From positions 124,001 through 188,000 of IMG/VR virus record IMGVR_UViG_3300033182_000980: DNA of 64,000 bases; one strand, written 5' to 3'. A program made the translations under genes and the position numbers. This document shows, piece by piece, positions 46,747 to 55,105 of this stretch; the first letter of the stretch is position 1; each line of letters starts with the position of its first letter. The notes beneath the pieces are model-generated. The model worked only from the letters and a program-made list of their open reading frames with translations. It had not been told where the DNA came from and did not search any database.

Positions 46747-47211
46747 TTATCGGTGGCGTAGACCCATGAGGTCAGCCTCTTGAGCCTCCCACTCAAGCCA
46801 GAGGTCATTCTTGGCTCGCTCCTCTGTGGAGATCCAATGGGGGTTGCCACACCACACTTGCCATGCCTCCTCCTCTGCCTCAAGTGCCTCCACACGCTTA
46901 CGCTCCTCTTCCTCAAGACGATCCTCTTCCTCAAGAGCCTTTTGAAGCTCCTCTCCCTCAAGGTGAGCAAGGTGTTGGTGGTTAGCCCAGAAGATTTGCT
47001 CATCCTTCAACCTCTCACTCTCGTCTTGAGCAAAGCGTAGCTCTTGGTAATAAGCGAGGTACGCCTCCTCGCTCTCAAAGAGCGTAGGCACGGGGGTCTT
47101 TCGTGCCTCAAGACGATCCTGCCAGCTCGCATACTGAACCCGTGCGTTCATCTCGCACTGAAAGACTGAAGTGAAGTCAGAGAAGGTGTTGTGAGTAGTA
47201 GCGTTGAACAT
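46747..47211 (-). CDS. Hypothetical Glu-rich coiled-coil protein
   Basis: RBS AAAGGAG; motif A upstream. Confidence 0.65.
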   Translation of the reverse strand: MFNATTHNTFSDFTSVFQCEMNARVQYASWQDRLEARKTPVPTLFESEEAYLAYYQELRFAQDESERLKDEQIFWANHQHLAHLEGEELQKALEEEDRLEEEERKRVEALEAEEEAWQVWCGNPHWISTEERAKNDLWLEWEAQEADLMGLRHR

Positions 47212-47274
47212 GGCTTGTCTCCTTTGGAAGTGATTTGGGGGGGGTCGTGAGGTTATCTGCTCCTCACACTAGGG

Positions 47275-47291
47275 TATAGATAAGGGGTTAC
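47275..47291 (-). promoter_or_regulatory. Motif A
   Basis: Exact copy, back-to-back with the copy at 47345. Confidence 0.65.
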
Positions 47292-47344
47292 AAGATCGGC
47301 AAGTTTGTCGGGAAGCTCAAGAAAAGCAATACTTTAAGCGAGCT

Positions 47345-47361
47345 GTAACCCCTTATCTATA
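47345..47361 (+). promoter_or_regulatory. Motif A
   Basis: Exact copy. Confidence 0.65.
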
Positions 47362-47402
47362 GTGATTGTGTAGCCCGATCAACTCTTGAAAGGAGAACAA
47401 CA

Positions 47403-47576
47403 ATGGCTCGCAAGAACAAAGCACGAAACCTCCACACCGAAACCAAAGCTGCCGCTCGTAAGGCTCACTTCGAGTCGGGTGGGTCTGCTTCCAAGTGGAT
47501 GGGTAAGGGTGCTCGCCACAAGGATAACAAGAAGCAAGCTAACAAGAAGGCTTGCCGAAGAAAGGTACAGTGGTAA
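47403..47576 (+). CDS. Small basic protein (57 aa), absent from the ORF track
   Basis: MARKNKARNLHTETKAAARKAHFESGGSASKWMGKGARHKDNKKQANKKACRRKVQW; motif A plus CTCTTGAAAGGAG RBS. Confidence 0.7.
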   Translation: MARKNKARNLHTETKAAARKAHFESGGSASKWMGKGARHKDNKKQANKKACRRKVQW

Positions 47577-47587
47577 TCTCTGACCCT

Positions 47588-47604
47588 GTAACCCCTAATC
47601 TATA
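47588..47604 (+). promoter_or_regulatory. Motif A variant (GTAACCCCTAATCTATA)
   Basis: One mismatch; upstream of the ligase gene. Confidence 0.55.
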
Positions 47605-47645
47605 ACACTACATCAATCACACTCACTCTCTGAAAGGAGAACATC

Positions 47646-48593
47646 ATGCCAAAGGCAATCAATCTAACAAGCCCATGCGGTACTTTTAACTTCCTTCGCC
47701 CCCAGTTAGCTAAGGGCAGTCATAAGGGCAAGAATGTCCTAGAGAATATCGCTGGTTCATCTCAATGGGTGGGCGAGATGAAGCTCGATGGACACCGTAT
47801 GCTCGTATCGTCAACTTGTGCTTGGAGTCGGATCGGAAAGGACATCGCTCGTATGGATCACATCCAAAACGAGTGTCCTGTGGGTACGCTCTTGGACGGT
47901 GAGATCCTTCCAAAGCAAGGTGCAGAGGGATCAGATCGTGTCTCTAACCTCCGAGCAGATGACCCTACAGCGTTGGGCTTTGTTGCCTTTGACATCCTCT
48001 ACCATGAGGGTCAGTATGTCGGAGATCTCTCTTGGGATAAGCGTAGGGCTATCCTTGAGTCTGTCATCGAGGACAGCATGGAGCATATCAGCTTGAGTCA
48101 GCTCTACTACATGAACGAGTGGACTACGGAACAGCTCATGGAGATCGCTTCTGATAGAGGGCATGAGGGTATCATGCTCAAGAAGGTAAACGCTCCATAC
48201 AAGGCAAACTCACGCTCTGCATGGGTGAAGCACAAGTTCACCGACACCCATGATGTGGTGATCGTGGACGCAAACGCAAAGCCTAGTGAGTGGCGAGTCC
48301 GACCAGGTGAGGTCTATCGTCAAGATGGGAAGCTCTATCCCGAAGGTCTGCATACCGATCCTTGGCTCAAGGGATATGTCGGGCTTAACTATGGCTTCTA
48401 TGATCAGAATGGAACGCTCCGTATCGTAGGCTCTCTTGGTGAGACTGGTCCTCGTGAAGATATGGAAAAGTTTGTCGGTAGGGTAGCCGAGATCAAGGCT
48501 TATGGACAATACCCTACAGGAGCGTTGCGACACCCTGTCCTAGAGCGTTGGCGAGAGGACAAGCTACCAGAGGACTGTACCTTTGACTTTTAA
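47646..48593 (+). CDS. ATP-dependent DNA ligase
   Basis: Motifs KLDG, LDGEI, FVAFDIL, EGIMLK, WVKHK, LRHP...R.R.DK. Confidence 0.92.
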   Translation: MPKAINLTSPCGTFNFLRPQLAKGSHKGKNVLENIAGSSQWVGEMKLDGHRMLVSSTCAWSRIGKDIARMDHIQNECPVGTLLDGEILPKQGAEGSDRVSNLRADDPTALGFVAFDILYHEGQYVGDLSWDKRRAILESVIEDSMEHISLSQLYYMNEWTTEQLMEIASDRGHEGIMLKKVNAPYKANSRSAWVKHKFTDTHDVVIVDANAKPSEWRVRPGEVYRQDGKLYPEGLHTDPWLKGYVGLNYGFYDQNGTLRIVGSLGETGPREDMEKFVGRVAEIKAYGQYPTGALRHPVLERWREDKLPEDCTFDF

Positions 48594-48604
48594 GGAGACT
48601 ATAT

Positions 48605-48904
48605 ATGAAGAAGCCAGGACTTTTAGTCGTGAAGAGCCGAGTAAAGATCGACCCGACACTTGAGAACCATGTCGGGTATATCGACTTCAGCTTCGCTAAC
48701 CGAGAATACAAAAAGTTTGAGAACATCTATCTCAAGTCTTTTAATCGTAAGAAGAACCCGCCACCAACATTTAGAGCGAGTCTAACTCAAAGTAAGACAA
48801 AGCTCACGAATACCATCTCAATGAGTTTATCCGACTACTCTGGCTTTGATGTAAACTCATTCCTTGAGAGCTTAGAGTCAGTTTTCAATGTGGTCGAGGG
48901 ATGA
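48605..48904 (+). CDS. Hypothetical protein
   Basis: RBS AAGGAG. Confidence 0.6.
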   Translation: MKKPGLLVVKSRVKIDPTLENHVGYIDFSFANREYKKFENIYLKSFNRKKNPPPTFRASLTQSKTKLTNTISMSLSDYSGFDVNSFLESLESVFNVVEG

Positions 48905-49141
48905 CTTAGAGACATATAGGGGAGTGTTCTCACCGAGATATGAACCGAGTACATTGTATTCGTACCACTCCCAAGCCATCTCCGAGGCTCGTTCTTCATC
49001 AGTATCGCAGTCTTGAAACTCTTTGGTCCAGTAAGAAATCATGGCATCGAGGTCATATACTATGGCGTAAGGTCTTGAAGCTACACCGATAATCATTTCA
49101 TCAAAGACATTTCTTGGTTCGAGGTAGATAAGTTCGTCCAT
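48878..49141 (-). CDS. Conserved phage hypothetical protein
   Basis: FDEMIIGV...VYD......A.EW.EYN..G.Y.GE.TP; start reassigned to 49141. Confidence 0.7.
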   Translation of the reverse strand: MDELIYLEPRNVFDEMIIGVASRPYAIVYDLDAMISYWTKEFQDCDTDEERASEMAWEWYEYNVLGSYLGENTPLYVSKSSLDHIEN

Positions 49142-49238
49142 TTTTTTGTTCCTTTCGAGTGTGCTTTTGTATAATACCCATGTGAGCGTCAATGGACGCT
49201 TGACATTCATCTTTGAAAACTCGTGTGATCTTAACTTG

Positions 49239-49302
49239 AGTCAAGTCGTTTAACGGCAAGACACCATTTGGTGATGTGAGGTTCGAGTCCTCGCCTTGGC
49301 TT
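49239..49302 (+). ncRNA. tRNA-like RNA with truncated anticodon arm
   Basis: Acceptor AGTCAAG/CTTGGCT, D-stem GTTT/AGAC, T-arm TGAGG-TTCGAGT-CCTCG; anticodon arm only CCATTTGG. Confidence 0.6.
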
Positions 49303-49375
49303 TATGATCTCCCCTATCTACCTCTTTTACTGGGTGTGTAGGTAAGCGTTGCTGGACAAGGGGAAGATCAGCTTT

Positions 49376-49449
49376 GCACCCATAGCTCAGCTGGATAGAG
49401 CACCACTTTCCTAAAGTGGGTGTCGCAGGTTCGAGTCCTGCTGGGTGTA
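49376..49449 (+). tRNA. tRNA-Arg(CCT)
   Basis: Cloverleaf; anticodon arm CCACT-TTCCTAA-AGTGG. Confidence 0.93.
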
Positions 49450-49692
49450 CTAGGTTCTCCCACCATTCCTTTATTTTAACTAGGGGAAATTAGGCTTACA
49501 ATGGTGGGAGGGTCTTATCCTAGACAATAACCTTAGAAAATAAAGAACTGCTTACAAGTCTAGGAGTAAGCCTGTAATCCCTCAAAATCTACCATGTGGG
49601 GGGTCGCCGTGAGATAATGTGGTGGGGTGATTCTCTCTGACCTAGTTAGTCCAAACTTGAGAGATTTCTATTGATAATCATGGAGTATAGTC

Positions 49693-49770
49693 ATGGGAAA
49701 CCCTAACTATCCATCCAAGTCCGGAAACCCAAGTGGTGGTGGACGCGGAAATACCCCGAAGTCTAAATGA
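49693..49770 (+). CDS. 25-aa G/P/N-rich peptide
   Basis: MGNPNYPSKSGNPSGGGRGNTPKSK with a GGAG RBS 7 nt upstream. Confidence 0.45.
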   Translation: MGNPNYPSKSGNPSGGGRGNTPKSK

Positions 49771-50097
49771 GACTTGACAAGATCAACCTTGACCTCTTAA
49801 ATGAGGTCGTGTTGAACAATGCCTTGTGTCTTACCCAGACATTCCTTACCCTTTGATCTGTGGGGTAGGCAAATCAGATCAGCTCTTTCTTCTTTGGAAG
49901 ATACTCCCCCTAGTTGTTCCGTAGGGTAGAGCGAAAACGGAACGCTTAATATGTCTGACTCCTCTTGGTGGAGCTTGTCGGGTTCGACTCCCACAGATGT
50001 ACTAGACCCTCATATCTTTTTCATTCTACATATTAACTTAGCTTTTATGTTGAATGGTGTATTGGGATAAAGTATGAGTTTTTGAGGGTCTAACTTT

Positions 50098-50171
50098 GCA
50101 CCAGTAGCTCAGTTGGATAGAGCAGTGGCCTTCTAAGCCATTGGTCGTAGGTTCGAGTCCTACCTGGTGCG
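50098..50171 (+). tRNA. tRNA-Arg(TCT)
   Basis: Cloverleaf; GTGGC-CTTCTAA-GCCAT. Confidence 0.95.
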
Positions 50172-50173
50172 TT

Positions 50174-50275
50174 TGCTTGATTGGTATTCAACCTCTTATT
50201 GGAGAGTCATCTCTAATAGGGTTGGTGCTTCTTTAAGAGGTTCAAACTCTGGTTCGATTCCAGATCAAGCAACCA
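50174..50275 (+). ncRNA. tRNA-like RNA with encoded CCA and non-canonical core
   Basis: Acceptor TGCTTGA/TCAAGCA plus ACCA; T-arm TCTGG-TTCGATT-CCAGA; 67-nt interior with a long hairpin. Confidence 0.6.
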
Positions 50276-50599
50276 CTCCCTGTTCCTAATAGGAACTCTT
50301 CAAACGGACGCATAGAGGGAATGGGGAAACAGACAAGCGTTTGCCGAAAGGGTCTTGTCTGGGGGATGCTTACGCTTCTGATTGCCACCGTAGATGAAGA
50401 TGTAGCTCTTGGGGAACTATGGTTTCGCAACATAACCTAACCAAGAGGGGAGTATTCCAAAAATGTTTAAAGGTGAAGCGAGGGCATTACACCAATGCGA
50501 ATACGGTATCGGGGAAGTCTGCTCATTCCTCTCGTTCACATCTCATCTATCTTTGGTAGAAGGGGTGTGAGCCAATCTTATGTCAAAAAGGAATGTGTC

Positions 50600-50872
50600 A
50601 TGTCTAAGAGAGTAGAAGATCTAAGAATTCTTGTGAACAAGAAAATGAAGCTCGATAAATACTTGAGTATCTGTGAGGGGCTTCATTATGTTTGTTTTTT
50701 CATGCTCATCTTCTATGTAGTCACATTCAAGAATGGAGACACACCTTATTTGATTTCTTGGGCGTTTCTTGCACTTATTGGTTGGGTAGCTACAACGATA
50801 CTTGAGAAGAAGATAGTCCAAGTGAAACTAGAAATGACATCAGAGTTGTTTGAAAGTAAATCGCAAGAGTAG
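50600..50872 (+). CDS. Small two-TM membrane protein
   Basis: Two hydrophobic segments; start reassigned to 50600. Confidence 0.55.
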   Translation: MSKRVEDLRILVNKKMKLDKYLSICEGLHYVCFFMLIFYVVTFKNGDTPYLISWAFLALIGWVATTILEKKIVQVKLEMTSELFESKSQE

Positions 50873-50935
50873 CTCAGTCGGTAGAGCGTCAGCCTTCCAA
50901 GCTGAATGTCGCGGGTTCGAGACCCGTCTCTTGCT
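50863..50935 (+). tRNA. tRNA-Gly(TCC)
   Basis: Cloverleaf; TCAGC-CTTCCAA-GCTGA. Confidence 0.95.
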
Positions 50936-51005
50936 TTGACCCCAAGTTCATTTCCTTTTTCGATTTGAGCGTTGACCTTTGGGTTATGGTCTTGGGGTTT
51001 CTTTT

Positions 51006-51079
51006 GCTCACTTAGCTCAGTTGGTTAGAGCAACGGACTGTTAATCCGTGGGTCCAAGGTTCAAATCCTTGAGTGAGCG
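51006..51079 (+). tRNA. tRNA-Asn(GTT)
   Basis: Cloverleaf; ACGGA-CTGTTAA-TCCGT. Confidence 0.95.
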
Positions 51080-51187
51080 TACCTCCTTTGGTTGGTGGTT
51101 AAGAGCAACCATGATCCCTCATGTAAATGGGTTGTGCAAAGATAGCTTCTAGGTTGTTGGTCGCTTCTTTGTTTAGGGATCGCTTAT

Positions 51188-51259
51188 GTACCTGTAGCTC
51201 AACGAACAGAGCCTCATCGTTGTAGATGAGAGGTCTAGGTGTAAGTCCTAGTGGGTACA
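51188..51259 (+). pseudogene. Degenerate tRNA-Thr-like element
   Basis: All stems pair, but the anticodon loop is 8 nt (CGTTGTAG), the T-loop is TGTAAGT and the D-loop lacks GG. Confidence 0.6.
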
Positions 51260-51659
51260 AGTTGGAGTTAAGTAAGTGTCTGCTGTCGGGGGTTCGTTAA
51301 CATTTCCCTTCCGACAGAAGTCTCCCCATTACTAAGCTAGTCGAAACCCACCACATGGGGTGGCGTAAATGACATATTACTTAACTTGAGTAGTGATACT
51401 CTACATATACCAGCAAATGGTATATGTAGAATCCTACCCTTACAGGAGAAATCCTGTAAGCAGTTATACTAATGAAAATGTTAGCATTGGGCTTTACGCT
51501 GATGGTGGTATGCACTTGGAGGGTCTAAGCCTACCCTACCCTGAGACTCATTCAACCCTTATTCGTTTAAGGGGAGTGTACTCATAGTAGAAATGACTAG
51601 AACTGGTCTAGGATTTCCCTAGACCTTACTACTATGGGTAGATTAGGTCTACCCGCTTT

Positions 51660-51742
51660 GGACAGGTGGCCGAGTGGTTAAAGGCATCAGACTGTAAATC
51701 TGACCTCGTGAGAGTACGCAGGTTCAAATCCTGCCCTGTCCA
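51660..51742 (+). tRNA. tRNA-Tyr(GTA)
   Basis: Class II cloverleaf; TCAGA-CTGTAAA-TCTGA. Confidence 0.95.
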
Positions 51743-51762
51743 CTATCAAGGAGTTTCAACAC

Positions 51763-52023
51763 ATGAGTACAAAAGCTACCATCGCACATGGTGATGATTT
51801 CCATGTCTACCAGGAGATGTTTGAGGGTGATGCAGTCTACCTCCAAATAGATAAGCATGGTGGGTTCGTTCAGATCATTGGCGATAGAGTCACTATAAGC
51901 CTACCTCCAGAGCTTTTAGACAAGATCGCAAGGGGTTGGCTAGAGAACCGAGAAAAGTTCGATACAGAGCCAAATACAGAGCTTAATCTTGAGGGGTTGA
52001 AGAAGCTACGATCAGAGTCGTAA
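51763..52023 (+). CDS. Hypothetical protein
   Basis: RBS AAGGAG. Confidence 0.65.
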   Translation: MSTKATIAHGDDFHVYQEMFEGDAVYLQIDKHGGFVQIIGDRVTISLPPELLDKIARGWLENREKFDTEPNTELNLEGLKKLRSES

Positions 52024-52036
52024 CCCCTTATTTATA
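52020..52036 (+). promoter_or_regulatory. Motif A variant (GTAACCCCTTATTTATA)
   Basis: One mismatch. Confidence 0.55.
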
Positions 52037-52148
52037 GCCTAGTGTATCAACAACCACTAGGAGCAAGAATGAGCTTTGTAATCATGTCCGTCATCTTCGC
52101 TATGGTGTTCGCACCAGCGTTTGATTTACACCTCTACTTGAACAAGGT

Positions 52149-52165
52149 GTAACCCCTTATCTATA
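52149..52165 (+). promoter_or_regulatory. Motif A
   Basis: Exact copy. Confidence 0.65.
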
Positions 52166-52188
52166 TCACTTCGTAAAGGAGAACAAAA

Positions 52189-52398
52189 ATGCCATACGAC
52201 TTAAACTACAACCACTTCAACTATGTCCGGTCTTTTGAGCGTGAGATCAAGTCTCACCTTGAGAACCCCGACCTCCCCTTCCTTGCTCGGCAGTTTGCCA
52301 TGATGGGCTGTGGGAGAAACTACCTCGATGGGACTCTCGTCTGGCCCCATGAGAGCCTTGATCGGTCCATCATCTCCTCAAAGAGTATAAGCTCTTAG
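52189..52398 (+). CDS. Hypothetical protein
   Basis: Motif A plus AAAGGAG RBS. Confidence 0.65.
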   Translation: MPYDLNYNHFNYVRSFEREIKSHLENPDLPFLARQFAMMGCGRNYLDGTLVWPHESLDRSIISSKSISS

Positions 52399-52597
52399 AC
52401 ACGCTTCGAGGCTTCTTCGAGTATGACTGTCGGTTGTCCGAGGAGAGCGATCTCAAGGTGCTTAGTAAGGGGGCTGATGAGGACATCGTGGCTTTCCTTG
52501 TGGAGAACCCCGATCCACGCTACTTCACACTCCCCGACTAAAAAAACTTGCAAGGTAGCCTTTAGATCATATAAAAGACTCACCCCACCACACTTAC

Positions 52598-52669
52598 GGT
52601 CCATTCGTCTAGTGGTAAGGACTCCGGCCTTTCACGCCGGCAACACGGGTTCAAATCCCGTATGGATCA
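52598..52669 (+). tRNA. tRNA-Glu(TTC)
   Basis: Cloverleaf; CCGGC-CTTTCAC-GCCGG. Confidence 0.95.
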
Positions 52670-52756
52670 TTAGGTGGGTTAAGCCAAGCAGATAGGGTAG
52701 TTTGAATACCTATACTGACTGGCCCCTAATGCGTTTAACCCTTATGTGAGTCCATT

Positions 52757-52972
52757 ATGAAAAAAGTTAAGTTCACCAAGAAAGACGGCAAGAAATCGTA
52801 CATTGAGGTCGATCAGTCTTTGCTCAAGAATAAGATCATTTCCCTGTATGCTGATAACAAGCCCTATTCATTGCAGAGCTTTCTAAGCAATCCCATGTCC
52901 TTTTCAGTAGAGCGTGTTAACTATCAGAGGTTCAACTATTCGGACGGGAGTTTTGAATACAAGGAGATGTGA
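52757..52972 (+). CDS. Hypothetical protein
   Basis: Coupled small-ORF run. Confidence 0.55.
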   Translation: MKKVKFTKKDGKKSYIEVDQSLLKNKIISLYADNKPYSLQSFLSNPMSFSVERVNYQRFNYSDGSFEYKEM

Positions 52973-53190
52973 TGTTTAAAGACAAGTGGGTTGAAAAGAG
53001 GGATAAAGCTCGTGCGTATAAGGTCTTGTCTTTGAACCACCTCACCGACAAGGTGGCAGACCCTGTAGATAAAGCTAAACTTAAAGAGCTGATCTCAGTT
53101 TATTTAGATGCCCATGACTTTACGACTAGGGTAGGTTTAGAGATCGCTAAGTATGAAGATAAATACTCTGTTAAAAAGGAGAAAGAATGA
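52969..53190 (+). CDS. Hypothetical protein
   Basis: RBS AAGGAG; overlaps the upstream stop. Confidence 0.6.
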   Translation: MMFKDKWVEKRDKARAYKVLSLNHLTDKVADPVDKAKLKELISVYLDAHDFTTRVGLEIAKYEDKYSVKKEKE

Positions 53191-53320
53191 TGTTTGGAGA
53201 CAGAACGATTTACTGTCCTCGATGTAAGCGAGAGACTTGGGACGGAGCTTCTTGTCCAGCGACCAACAGGACTAAAAAGTGTCAAGACTCCGAGGTTGAA
53301 AAGACTCGGAAGCCTAAGAC

Positions 53321-53554
53321 ATGAAGTGGTGGTACTTTCAGAGGGTGGGCGAGAAACTGAAACTTGCACCTTTAGATTTCTTTACATATCGCCCCTCTGA
53401 TGCTACCCCTTCGGATAACCCTATGACCCCTTGGTATGACCTCTACAATCACATTGATGAGGTTCATGTTCATGTGCAAGCAGAAACCTACGAAATCGCC
53501 TTAGCTTTAGCCTACCTCATGGTTAAGGAAAAAGAGGCTTCAATCGAGGTATAA
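53321..53554 (+). CDS. Hypothetical protein
   Basis: ATGA overlap with an unlisted 45-aa CxxC ORF at 53187-53324. Confidence 0.55.
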   Translation: MKWWYFQRVGEKLKLAPLDFFTYRPSDATPSDNPMTPWYDLYNHIDEVHVHVQAETYEIALALAYLMVKEKEASIEV

Positions 53555-53585
53555 AGAGACTCCCAATCATATAAGAGTGGCATGA

Positions 53586-53658
53586 GGGCTGTTAGCTCAA
53601 TCGGTAGAGCACCGGACTTTTAATCCGTTGGTTCTGGGTTCGAGTCCCAGACGGCCCA
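53586..53658 (+). tRNA. tRNA-Lys(TTT)
   Basis: Cloverleaf; CCGGA-CTTTTAA-TCCGT. Confidence 0.93.
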
Positions 53659-53680
53659 TTATTTAAACACTCTTGTATGA

Positions 53681-54013
53681 TTGGAGATGTCAGTGATCTA
53701 TGACAAGACTAAACTAGATGGGCATTGGTATTGCTCTACCCAGTTTCAAAAGGTGGGGGAGTTTGTGTTCTCCCTCCTCCATAATGACTTTGACCCCGAA
53801 GAAGCAGGTCGGGTGATCTATTGGGCGATTTGTAATCTTGCCGATACTGGATATGTGCGAAAGGGTATGTTGACCACCCTTGATGGGATGCTCGCAGACG
53901 AGGGCATATCTGTTGAAGATAAAAGGTATGCTCGGCTCGTAAGGGGGTATGTGGACAACTATGACTTTGGTTTGGAGCGTACCCCTAAGAACTGGCATAG
54001 GAGTACAAAATGA
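53681..54013 (+). CDS. Hypothetical protein
   Basis: ORF track; ATG at 53687 has a GGAG RBS. Confidence 0.6.
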   Translation: MEMSVIYDKTKLDGHWYCSTQFQKVGEFVFSLLHNDFDPEEAGRVIYWAICNLADTGYVRKGMLTTLDGMLADEGISVEDKRYARLVRGYVDNYDFGLERTPKNWHRSTK

Positions 54014-54585
54014 GTGATAAATCTGATCTTAAAATGCTGGTCAAGGTGGTGAACACCTTACAAGAGGAATCCGACAATCGTTTCATCAAGGGCATGATTA
54101 CTCGGATACAGGGATTGATTGAGACAATGGAGCAAGACCTTAACCTCAAGGTTGAGACTACAGACACCTATGCTCGTAAGGAATACTTTAAGGACTATGT
54201 GGTCAACAGATATAGCCCTATCATCAACCAAGAGGTTTATGCCTATGAGTTTGTGCGTGGGAAGATCCGAAAGAAGTTTCCAATCGTATTGAAAGAAATC
54301 ACTAAGGAGATCATTAGGGTGAGTCGTGATGGCTACCTTGCTTCCGAGCTACCTCAACACAGCTCTTATTGGAGGGATTGTCATTGTGTAGCTGGAGAAG
54401 ATCCTTATGAGAACCTTGATAACTGTCGTGCTCATTATTGGCGTGAATATCGTACAGATAAAGACCCAGTAGAGTGGTGGAGTAAAGAGCCATTCTTAGG
54501 TCGTAAGGTTCGAGTATGGAAGAAAGATTTAGCTCTGCCAGAGCCTTCATTAAGTGAAAAAATGCAGTCAGTTAAGAAGGCATAA
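54010..54585 (+). CDS. Hypothetical protein
   Basis: ATGA overlap; RBS AGGAG. Confidence 0.65.
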   Translation: MSDKSDLKMLVKVVNTLQEESDNRFIKGMITRIQGLIETMEQDLNLKVETTDTYARKEYFKDYVVNRYSPIINQEVYAYEFVRGKIRKKFPIVLKEITKEIIRVSRDGYLASELPQHSSYWRDCHCVAGEDPYENLDNCRAHYWREYRTDKDPVEWWSKEPFLGRKVRVWKKDLALPEPSLSEKMQSVKKA

Positions 54586-54799
54586 TCATATAATAGATAT
54601 GTGTTCTTAACGAGTGTCATAAGGAGTTGAATATGACCCTACAACTATTTGTAACCTTCGCTATCTGCTTCATGTCTGGTGGCATACACTTTTCAAACTA
54701 CAAGCTGTCGAGATCAACTTGGACCTGGTATGTGATTGCAGTCCTGTTCTCAATCCCAGCTTTTACTAAAGTCATCACAATGGCTCAAGGATAAGAATA

Positions 54800-55105
54800 A
54801 TGAGCGAGAAAAAAGTCTATACGATAAGAAGAAAATATGGTTGGGATGTCTATTCTTACTATGAGGGTTGGAAAGAGATTGAGCTAACCGAGGAGCAAAT
54901 CGCAGAGGTTCGTGCTAACCCAGACTTGCTTGATGATGATGAATGGTTAAATAAAGCCTTTGATTGGGTGGATATGGATGAGGAGGAGCTGGTCACAGAC
55001 TCTTGGTGTAAGGGTAGTGTTGACCAAATGCCCCTAGAGACTGAGTTTGATTTCTACATTGAGGATCTTACAGGAGAAGAGGATGAGTCGGAAGATCAAG
55101 GTTAA
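54800..55105 (+). CDS. Acidic hypothetical protein (paralog A)
   Basis: KY.W....YEG.KEI...LV.D.WCKG is shared with the next ORF. Confidence 0.7.
   Translation: MSEKKVYTIRRKYGWDVYSYYEGWKEIELTEEQIAEVRANPDLLDDDEWLNKAFDWVDMDEEELVTDSWCKGSVDQMPLETEFDFYIEDLTGEEDESEDQG

Noticed and set aside
49800-50540. tmRNA or RNase P RNA
   Set aside because: No tmRNA acceptor/tag-ORF arrangement, and RNase P conserved regions are not present in the right order.
53194-53400. 68-aa TTG-start ORF in the track
   Set aside because: An overlapping frame (53187-53324) has an ATG, SD, CxxC and coupling at both ends, so it is the better gene.
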